The position numbers and the translations under genes were made by a program. Below are positions 54,882 to 64,000 of a DNA stretch of 64,000 nt, piece by piece. The stretch is from a bacterium (lineage in GTDB: Bacteria; CSSED10-310; JAFGSJ01). The stretch is from contig JAFGSJ010000104.1 in NCBI GenBank assembly GCA_016934675.1, positions 10,861 to 74,860 on the forward strand, written 5' to 3'. How positions within the stretch are numbered: position 1 is the first letter of the stretch; the number at the start of each line of letters is the position of its first letter. The notes beneath the pieces are model-generated. The model was not told the origin of the DNA. It ran no database searches and saw only the letters and a list, made by a program, of their open reading frames with translations.

Positions 54882-56002
54882 TCCGGTCCATACCGGTATT
54901 GACCTATCACTCGATCAGACCTGACGGACCGATCACGCCGGAGTTGTTCGAGGACCAGTTACGCTGGTTGGTCGAAAACGACTATCGGACCTTGACCTCG
55001 TGGGAATTGTTCCGGCATATCACCGGTGAGCAACCGGTATCGGAGCGTGCGGTCCAGATCACTTTTGATGACGGTTGGCTCGACAATTGGGTCTACGCTT
55101 TCCCGCTGCTCGACAAATACGGACTCAAAGCAACCATTTTTTTGATTACCGGTCGGATTGGTGCGGAGACCGGTCCGGTCCGTCCCAACCTGGCTGATGT
55201 CTGGAGTCATCGGGTTAGGGCCGGGGTACTCCGCACTTTGTCGAGGAACGAGGTGGCCTCATACGAAACGATCAACGAGGAAGAAGGCAGTCCTGATTAT
55301 CTGAACTGGCTTGAAATCAGGGCCATGAAGGATTCAGGCTTGATAGAATTCCAGTCACATTCCCATTCACATGTCTATTACTTCAAGGGACCAATACTCA
55401 AGGAGTTCAATTGGGGCAGGCACCCGAAAATTGCCGGGGCCACCGACGGCGACTTCCGTTTCGGTATCCCCGAATATGAGGGCGGTTCCGGTCTTGTGAT
55501 CCGCCGCTTTTTCGATCCGGCCCAGCTTCGAGACGAGATGCACCGGGCCGCCCTGCAATTCCGTGCAAGTTCCGCCTATACACAGAAAAATGCGCGACAA
55601 ATAATGAATCAATATCTGGGTAAGCTGTTCTCGGCCTGCTCGGACCAGTTTCAAATCCAGGGCACGTATGAAACGCAACAGGATTTCGAAAAAAGGGTCA
55701 TGCACGAATTGCGATACTCCCGTGAAATAATCGCACGTTATACCGCCGGAGCATGCGATTTTTTCTGCTGGCCCTGGGGCGAATATTCGAGCGAGAGTAT
55801 CGGCCTGGTCTTCAAGGCGGGATATCGTGGTGCTTACAGTCTCGACCGCGGTCCGACCATTCCCGGATCAAATCCCGGGGCCATCTGCCGTTTTGAAATT
55901 CGGCCCAGGTCTATGCTCTGGTTTCAGACCAGATTACTGTTGTATGGTTCGCCCAAGCTGTCTGCCCTGTATCGACAAAGCTATCGCATTATTGGGCACT
56001 AG
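54878..56002 (+). CDS. polysaccharide deacetylase (CE4-like) family protein
   Basis: Motifs are VLTYHSI, QITFDDGWLDNW, LKATIFLITG and FQSHSHSH. Its ATG overlaps the upstream stop. Confidence 0.8.
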   Translation: MIRSIPVLTYHSIRPDGPITPELFEDQLRWLVENDYRTLTSWELFRHITGEQPVSERAVQITFDDGWLDNWVYAFPLLDKYGLKATIFLITGRIGAETGPVRPNLADVWSHRVRAGVLRTLSRNEVASYETINEEEGSPDYLNWLEIRAMKDSGLIEFQSHSHSHVYYFKGPILKEFNWGRHPKIAGATDGDFRFGIPEYEGGSGLVIRRFFDPAQLRDEMHRAALQFRASSAYTQKNARQIMNQYLGKLFSACSDQFQIQGTYETQQDFEKRVMHELRYSREIIARYTAGACDFFCWPWGEYSSESIGLVFKAGYRGAYSLDRGPTIPGSNPGAICRFEIRPRSMLWFQTRLLLYGSPKLSALYRQSYRIIGH

Positions 56003-56057
56003 GTTGTGATGGGTCCATTCGGCTACTGCGACACAAGGTGAACAGTCACGGCCGCGA

Positions 56058-57242
56058 TCAATGCTTGCCCTTGGTTTCTTTCCTTTGCATCCTCTGTTTG
56101 ACCATCCTTAGTGCAGTCGTACGAATAGTTTCAGGAATATTGCGATTTTTGGCCAAATCACCGAGTTCACGTTCCGTGACATGCTTGATAAGATCGAGAC
56201 TGATCCCGATCGGGGTACGCGGGTTCTCGAGCAGGGCACGCCTGATCGAAGGACTTTTCATATACTCGCGGTTCTTACCGATTTCACGAAGGACATCATC
56301 GATGAGATTTTTCATCCGGGCAACCTGTTCAACCTCATCTTCGGTCATTTTCGGACTGGTTACAGCGGCAAGGGCCACCAGCTTGTTCGTCTCGCGAATC
56401 AGGAGCATCCTTTCCTCACGCGTACCGAATTTGGCCAGTTTGATTCTATCGCCCACATTCATTTCGGCAATCCGCTGGCTGGTTGTGATCGTTCCTTCGG
56501 ATAGTTCCTCCTCCTCCATCAACTCGATTTCTTCCTCAGGTTCCTGGGTTTTCGTTGTTGTGGGGCGAGCGGACGTTTTAGCCTGAGGTTTCTCAGCAAC
56601 CGTGGTCTGTGACGCAGGCTGGCTAGTCACGCGGGTGGCTTCCTTTTTCTGGGCAGCCTGCTCTTTCAAAGCCGTCCGGCGATCGAGTTCAGCTTGATAT
56701 CGGCGTTCCTCTTCGAGTTTCGCTTCCTTCTGTTCCGCAAACTCACGCTCGAACATCTCGAGCCGGATCTGAATGTACGAAGGCGTATTCGTATTTTGCA
56801 GGATGGCCTTGATGATCGGTTTATATGAGAGCATTCGCTCCTGATTGCCAGCCAAGATTTCAATGACCTTGGTCGGTCCGTGGCGGGCTATGTACTCGAG
56901 GGTGTGGTTCTCGACAGACGGATTCAGCACAATTGCTTCGAGAAGGTCCGTATCCGCAATCCTCAGTTGAGCCAAAATATGAAAGAGCTTGGGCGAGGTA
57001 TTCCGGTTCAGGGCGAGATTCTTGACGATACTGACCGGCATCTCAAGTATTGTGTCACGCGCAGACTTACTGATTTCACGGTCGGGATCGTTGGTCAACA
57101 GGAGCAAAGCCGAGGCTAAAACTTCGGGCTCGAGCGGTAAAAAACCCTTGGCAATAACCATTCGCTGCTCGAGGTCAAGCTTGTTGTCCTCGATATCGGT
57201 GATGATATGATCAAAAGGTGATCCCTGGTTTACTTCACTCAA
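56058..57242 (-). CDS. hypothetical protein with NPxTP-type helical repeats (leucine-rich-repeat-variant/HEAT-like) and a charged linker
   Basis: Repeats include LLENPRTPIG, ILQNTNTPSY, LNPSVENHTL and LAKNRNIPET. The central linker is rich in E, K and Q. The start is TTG 57242, with GGGAG 8 nt upstream. It is a paralog of 57695..58912. Confidence 0.5.
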   Translation of the reverse strand: MSEVNQGSPFDHIITDIEDNKLDLEQRMVIAKGFLPLEPEVLASALLLLTNDPDREISKSARDTILEMPVSIVKNLALNRNTSPKLFHILAQLRIADTDLLEAIVLNPSVENHTLEYIARHGPTKVIEILAGNQERMLSYKPIIKAILQNTNTPSYIQIRLEMFEREFAEQKEAKLEEERRYQAELDRRTALKEQAAQKKEATRVTSQPASQTTVAEKPQAKTSARPTTTKTQEPEEEIELMEEEELSEGTITTSQRIAEMNVGDRIKLAKFGTREERMLLIRETNKLVALAAVTSPKMTEDEVEQVARMKNLIDDVLREIGKNREYMKSPSIRRALLENPRTPIGISLDLIKHVTERELGDLAKNRNIPETIRTTALRMVKQRMQRKETKGKH

Positions 57243-57311
57243 ATCAGCTTCTCCCGTAGACCTGCTTTCACAACCAGCGACTTGTCCCGATAACGACCAG
57301 TCCCTCCCGGC

Positions 57312-57698
57312 TCAATGATTGATCAGATAGGCACATAGAAACGATATGATCAGTGTCACTGTTACGACTATACAGTAAAACAACCATTTTTTTTGTGCAA
57401 GCGGTTTGGATTCACTTTGTTCAGGTATCTCATCGGGAACAGGTCCATGTGCACATTGATCGAAAAACTCATAATTGACCAGGACTTCATCCTCATTCAT
57501 GCCACAATACTTGGCATAGGCCCTGATATATCCCTTGACGAATGTTTCGTTGGGCAATCGTTCGAACTCATCCTGCTCGAGTGCCTTGAGATATTCAGCT
57601 TTTATTTTGGTCGCTTGGGCTATTTCATCGAGCGAAATATTTCGCAAATCACGTTCTGCTTTTAAATATTTTCCAAAAGACGTCTGATCAGTGGTCAT
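57312..57698 (-). CDS. RodZ-like helix-turn-helix protein with C-terminal TM anchor
   Basis: FGKYLKAERDLRNISLDEIAQATKIKAEYLKALEQDEFERLPNETFVKGYIRAYAKYCG is the RodZ N-terminal HTH signature. The TM helix is WLFYCIVVTVTLIISFLCAYLI. Its ATG overlaps the upstream stop. Confidence 0.7.
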   Translation of the reverse strand: MTTDQTSFGKYLKAERDLRNISLDEIAQATKIKAEYLKALEQDEFERLPNETFVKGYIRAYAKYCGMNEDEVLVNYEFFDQCAHGPVPDEIPEQSESKPLAQKKWLFYCIVVTVTLIISFLCAYLINH

Positions 57699-58912
57699 GA
57701 TTCTTTTCTCCTGACCAGCCCCGGTCGTAGTTCTTCCGGAGTATTCGGGTTGAAGAACAGGGCCTGCCTGAGCTTAACGTTGTTCCGCCATTGACTGTCC
57801 TGGGCCAGATAGCAGATAATCTCGTCCGAGGGTGTTTTGACTGCGAGTGAGACCAATTGTCCCTCCACCAGATTTGGGTTCTTTTCCACTACTTTTACTA
57901 TATCCAGGTCCTCTTTTTCAAGTAAAACATTGATGACCTCGCGTCGTGCAGTCCTAGCCAACTGCAACTGCTGGACGCGGGGTAGAGACAGGACACGCCG
58001 GCGCAACATGTGCCGGGCATTCATACGGGTCGGGACCGGCAGCGTGGGATTCTCTATGACCCTTAGCAGGTCCTGTTGCAAGAGTTTCTCGAGCAACAGA
58101 CGACTGATATCATCGGGTGTATTGGGATTATGTACGAGAGCGACAATGACCGAATAGCGTCGGGTCCAACGGGATTGAAAAACCTCCCGGATGACCTCCG
58201 TTTGGGTATGACGCTTGTTAGCCATAACCACGACATCATTTTCACGCACACGGGAATTGTTCAAAGCGGACTTGACTACACGCGCATCCTGATCATTTAA
58301 CAGCAAAGTCAAGAGCGGTCCCACCGCCTCCCGGGCCAACGCTATCTTTTCTCCGGGGAGCAGCTCCTCGAGCTTGGCCTCGAGCAGGGTCACAGCCACC
58401 TGGCGGATAACATGAGATACTGCCACATCACGCGCGATGAATTGCAGGTCCTGCCGATAAAGATATTTGAGCAATTTGAGCGATTCATGCGATGGGGTCC
58501 GGGGATTCTTGACTAACTCGACTTTAACATCATACTGGGTCACCCATTCCCTTTTCTTGATGATTTTTCCGAGAAAGCCGGGCGAAACCGTTCGCTTCTT
58601 CGCCAGATTGACTACACTCGGGATCGTCAAGTAGGGATTATCCAGTAAAGCCTCTAAGACTTCCTCGTGATGATCATAGGTCAAGAGCAGTTGCATCTCG
58701 CCCTGGGCCGAATACGCTAATTGTTTGCGCTCCGCCAGGGGCATTTTCATGATTTGTTTGTACTTCTGATATTGTTTCTCGAACATGTAAACCAACCGTG
58801 GATAGTCTTTTAGGACCACATTCCGGAACCGTGCCCTGATGCACCTTCGTATCGATGCAAATATCCGTTCGAGCAAAGTGAAAGATCGTACTGATAAGGC
58901 TATACATTCCAA
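57695..58912 (-). CDS. hypothetical protein with NPxTP-type helical repeats
   Basis: Repeats include LVKNPRTPSHE, LVHNPNTPDD, IENPTLPVP and FFNPNTPEE. The start is uncertain (TTG 58912 or ATG 58786). Confidence 0.5.
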   Translation of the reverse strand: MECIALSVRSFTLLERIFASIRRCIRARFRNVVLKDYPRLVYMFEKQYQKYKQIMKMPLAERKQLAYSAQGEMQLLLTYDHHEEVLEALLDNPYLTIPSVVNLAKKRTVSPGFLGKIIKKREWVTQYDVKVELVKNPRTPSHESLKLLKYLYRQDLQFIARDVAVSHVIRQVAVTLLEAKLEELLPGEKIALAREAVGPLLTLLLNDQDARVVKSALNNSRVRENDVVVMANKRHTQTEVIREVFQSRWTRRYSVIVALVHNPNTPDDISRLLLEKLLQQDLLRVIENPTLPVPTRMNARHMLRRRVLSLPRVQQLQLARTARREVINVLLEKEDLDIVKVVEKNPNLVEGQLVSLAVKTPSDEIICYLAQDSQWRNNVKLRQALFFNPNTPEELRPGLVRRKES

Positions 58913-59073
58913 GGGTCATTGTCAATGAGCCCTATTCATGGTATACTCATTCTCATATCGCACATGAACAAGAGGGATGCTGATGCTTTGCCGTTCTCAT
59001 GGAGCACTGTCGTCGTTCTGGTCAGTCCGGTTTACAGATCAATAATAGGCCTGGTATCCGGGAGGGAAGCACA

Positions 59074-60024
59074 ATGAAGTCACACCCTCATTCATACCTG
59101 GGTTTTGTCATTTGTACCGCGATATTCTTGGGGCTCTGGTCCCTGTTCAGTCCGAACAGCCTGGGCCGCCAAAACCCGAAAATCGGTGTCCTCGCTCTCT
59201 TTTCAGATGATCTGACCCAGGAACAAAGGGACCTCATTCAAACCGTCATGAGTGAGGAAATCGGTGAAATAAAGAAACGGAGCGTGGTCCCGGTCAACAC
59301 AGTACGGGCAAAACTCGAAGCTGATAAATCACCTATGACCTGCTCGGACCTTGAATGTGCCCGGCGGGTTGGCGCGACTCTTGATGCCGATATACTCGTC
59401 TTCGGTCTTGTTCACCTGGACCGGCTCCAACAGAGATTCACATTTCAAATCAGTCGGTTCGAGTTGGGTCGGTCTGAAAGCGTAATCGTCGAGCAGGGTT
59501 GGTCCCAGAACGATTTCGACCTCTTGTTTATGGCCTTGATGACTGCCACCCGTAAATTGTTTTCCTCGAAAGCAGATGACTCTATTCAGGCTATCCGGAA
59601 AGAGTCATCTGATGGTATGGAAACCGAGACAGACCATGCAACCATAAAACCTCGGCGGTTTTTCCACAAAGAAGACACAACCCCACCGGACCAGACCACG
59701 CCCCCCTCCGCCCCCCCCCCAGTCCCCATTATCATTAATCATGTTCCCCCGGAACATGGCCGTCCCGAAAACAACGATGTGCCCCTGATCATGACCTTTG
59801 TCGGTGGTCCTGACAAGGCCCGGGTCCTTATTCACTATCGCTTCAATGACGACGATAACTGGCGCTCCCAAAAAATGAAAATGAAGGACATCCGCCATTT
59901 CATCTCGGTCCCCTATCGACCGAAAAAACAAAACGTTCTCGAATACTACTTCGTCGTGGTCGACAAACAAGGTAATGTCCTGTTGGATGATCGGGAACAC
60001 ATCTACCGGGTCGATTTGTTCTGA
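59074..60024 (+). CDS. hypothetical exported protein (TolB-N/CsgG-like N-domain, Pro-rich linker, Ig-like C-domain)
   Basis: ATG 59074 has GGGAGGGA upstream. The signal/anchor is FVICTAIFLGLWSL. IGVLALFSDD...CARRVGATLDADILVFGLV resembles lipoprotein activator/CsgG-like N-domains. The C-terminal segment is IINHVP...IHYRF...EYYFVVVDKQGN. Confidence 0.5.
   Translation: MKSHPHSYLGFVICTAIFLGLWSLFSPNSLGRQNPKIGVLALFSDDLTQEQRDLIQTVMSEEIGEIKKRSVVPVNTVRAKLEADKSPMTCSDLECARRVGATLDADILVFGLVHLDRLQQRFTFQISRFELGRSESVIVEQGWSQNDFDLLFMALMTATRKLFSSKADDSIQAIRKESSDGMETETDHATIKPRRFFHKEDTTPPDQTTPPSAPPPVPIIINHVPPEHGRPENNDVPLIMTFVGGPDKARVLIHYRFNDDDNWRSQKMKMKDIRHFISVPYRPKKQNVLEYYFVVVDKQGNVLLDDREHIYRVDLF
59711..59720 (+). 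repeat. C10 homopolymer inside a CDS
   Basis: Ten consecutive C residues at 59711-59720, preceded by C6 at 59701-59706. They encode part of TTPPSAPPPVP. Confidence 0.95.
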
Positions 60025-60065
60025 TCCGCTTCGCCCGATCCCATAACCCATGGGCCTCTCCATGA

Positions 60066-61580
60066 TCAATTACCGCTTCCGCCAAATCTGTCTTTGATCG
60101 AGGTGCCCTCCTCAAACTGTTGGCAAATATCAGCATTACACAAAGAGTTGGGGGGAGTATTATCGCTTTTATTGACTGTGTTCCTGACGGGGTAACTGGT
60201 GCGTTGCAGCAGGACCTCACGGTCGGGGTACCAGTGAGACCTGAGGTTACCGACCAGGTAGAGCGAGCCGGTCACGACCATCAGATCGTCGGGTCTGATG
60301 GTGTGCAGGGCAAGTTCGAGTGCGGCCCGGGGTGATGGTTCGCACAGGATGACCTGGCCATTCCCGGCCTTTTTGAGTAGAATCCGGGCCAACTCCCGGG
60401 CCGGGAAGGGGTCTTTCGCATAGACCTCGGGTTCCGTAGTAATGATGACGTCGGCCACCCGCAAGAGTTGATCGATCATGGTCCGCTTCAGTTTCGTGGC
60501 CAATACGCCGCAGAGTATGACCTTTTTCTGCTTGGGACCGAGTTCAAGATATCGAATGAGATTAACCATCTTGTCCGGATTATGGGCGCCATCGAGTACC
60601 ACGGTGGGCTGCGTCTGGACGATTTCGATCCGGCCGGGCAGGAAACCGCGTAACAGGCCTTGGCGGACATGATCGGCTCCCAGTTGATAACCTCGTCGGG
60701 CCAGCAATTCCACCGTGGCGATGGCGAGCGAGGCGTTTTCGACCTGAAACGGTCCGCGGGCGGATAGTTTGATCGCGGGCAGGTGCCAGTGTTCACCGTG
60801 ATAATCAAAGACGGTCCCCTCGAGAGACGAGTGCACTCGGCCAAAGGTCCGGCTCGGACGGACCAGGACCAGAGGGGCATGTTGGGTCCGGGCTTCGGCC
60901 CTGATCTGGCGTATTCCGCAACCGGCCAAGGCCACAACAGGTGTGTGCGGTTTGATGATCCCGGCTTTGTGTCGGGCGATGGCCGTGATAGTCCGTCCCA
61001 GGGTGTGCTGATGGTCGTAACCGATTTTCGTGATCACGGATAGCATTGTCTCGAGGAAATTGGTAAAGTCATAGCGTCCGCCCACGCCAGTCTCGAAGAC
61101 CATGAGTTCGACCCGGGCCCGCCGGAATGCTTCGAGCGCGGTTATCACACCGGCCATGCCGTGCAGAGGCAGGTCCAGCGGTCGGAACTCTTCGAAGACG
61201 GGACGCAGGTCATTGACCAGGTCTGAATAAGCCTGACCGGGTATATATGAGCCATCTATCCAGATTTTTTCGGTCGAGACTTGCAGGTAAGGCGATATAT
61301 GCAAGCCGGTCCTGATGCCGGCCGCCCTCAGGATTTCCGCGATCATCATTGCGGTCGTGCCCTTACCGGATGTGCCGGCAATATGTATGGCCGGAATATT
61401 CTGCTCAGGGTGACCGCAGGCGGCCAGAACGGACGGCATCATGGTCGAGCGCTGTTCGTACGGTGTCTTGATCTCACCGGTCCTGATTAGGCCCTGATTA
61501 AGATAGGTGTTGGCTTCGAGATAAGCCTGCCAGCTCCGCTCCCGTGCATTACCCGCTCGATATTCTTGATCACTACGCAT
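60066..61580 (-). CDS. folC: folylpolyglutamate synthase / dihydrofolate synthase
   Basis: The Mur-ligase P-loop is IHIAGTSGKGTT, with VFETGVGGRYDFTN and VLDGAHNP also present. ATG 61580 is preferred over TTG 61589. The C-terminal tail is unusually long. Confidence 0.85.
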   Translation of the reverse strand: MRSDQEYRAGNARERSWQAYLEANTYLNQGLIRTGEIKTPYEQRSTMMPSVLAACGHPEQNIPAIHIAGTSGKGTTAMMIAEILRAAGIRTGLHISPYLQVSTEKIWIDGSYIPGQAYSDLVNDLRPVFEEFRPLDLPLHGMAGVITALEAFRRARVELMVFETGVGGRYDFTNFLETMLSVITKIGYDHQHTLGRTITAIARHKAGIIKPHTPVVALAGCGIRQIRAEARTQHAPLVLVRPSRTFGRVHSSLEGTVFDYHGEHWHLPAIKLSARGPFQVENASLAIATVELLARRGYQLGADHVRQGLLRGFLPGRIEIVQTQPTVVLDGAHNPDKMVNLIRYLELGPKQKKVILCGVLATKLKRTMIDQLLRVADVIITTEPEVYAKDPFPARELARILLKKAGNGQVILCEPSPRAALELALHTIRPDDLMVVTGSLYLVGNLRSHWYPDREVLLQRTSYPVRNTVNKSDNTPPNSLCNADICQQFEEGTSIKDRFGGSGN

Positions 61581-61600
61581 TTTTATCAATTCACGCTGTC

Positions 61601-63694
<2,094 letters not shown>

Positions 63695-63731
63695 CTATTG
63701 TAACACGAATCAAGCATAAAATGAAGACCAA

Positions 63732-64000
63732 TCAGGTTGCTGACACCTGTTTCTGAAGATCAATCAATTTTTGTGCGGGTCGTTCGAACAGGGCGAGGAA
63801 CATCATGGCTGCAATGATATAGGGTTTCCAACTGGCCTCACGATAGGTATTCAGACGATACCGCTCGAAAACGGACCGAGCTACCTCGCCTTGTGGGCAA
63901 CTCACGTCCGAAATATCGGCGGGCAGGCAATGCATATACAGGGCCTGACCCGACCGGGTCAGTTTCATCATAGCCTCGTTGCACTCCCAGTCTCGAAAAT
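63732..64000 (-). CDS. carbamoyltransferase family protein, C-terminal part (YgeW-like; 5' end outside window)
   Basis: The HCLP motif sits in YMHCLPADISDVSCPQGEV. The reading frame stays open to base 64000. Confidence 0.6.
   Translation of the reverse strand, partial: FRDWECNEAMMKLTRSGQALYMHCLPADISDVSCPQGEVARSVFERYRLNTYREASWKPYIIAAMMFLALFERPAQKLIDLQKQVSAT

Overview
The window looks like chromosomal DNA from a diderm (Gram-negative-type) bacterium. TolC, a TonB-dependent receptor, LPS-core-type glycosyltransferases and many lipoproteins support this. The core is about 50% G+C by eye. No rRNA, tRNA, CRISPR array, transposase or integrase was recognised. Housekeeping genes frame the window: an ABC-2 efflux set with an embedded TolC gene, yicC-gmk-coaBC, and folC-ligA. 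The accessory content falls into four groups. (1) At 17.3-26.6 kb there is a lower-GC cluster with four radical-SAM enzymes. Two are tandemly duplicated SPASM/twitch-type genes and two are B12-binding-domain genes. They sit with an asparagine-synthetase-like enzyme lacking its N-terminal Cys nucleophile, an aldo/keto reductase and a methyltransferase-like ORF. A Fur/Com-like zinc-ribbon pair and a TonB-dependent receptor lie next to it. No precursor peptide or scaffold gene was recognised. (2) At 33.9-50.1 kb there is a large envelope and protease region. It holds an exported PDZ-TPR-CHAT protein and a co-directional minus-strand array. The array runs C25 gingipain-like peptidase (IPTL-CTERM-like tail), tricorn/S41 protease, DUF799 lipoprotein, CsgG-like lipoprotein, FlgT/LPP20-like protein, an Ig-like protein and an FG-GAP lipoprotein. 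(3) At 30.2-31.9 kb there is a very AT-rich islet. It carries a C4HC3 cross-brace zinc-finger ORF behind a near-consensus sigma70 promoter, next to a frameshifted and truncated P-loop ATPase. (4) Smaller oddities are listed as separate findings. A DUF4197 gene ends in a TGA that is followed in frame by a start-less YidB-like domain. A sigma54-type promoter has upstream TGTAACA palindromes. A 19-bp stem closes a nested hairpin. A C10 tract sits inside a CDS. An AlkP-family enzyme has Cys at the nucleophile position. All functional calls rest on motif and family recognition by eye; no database search was run.
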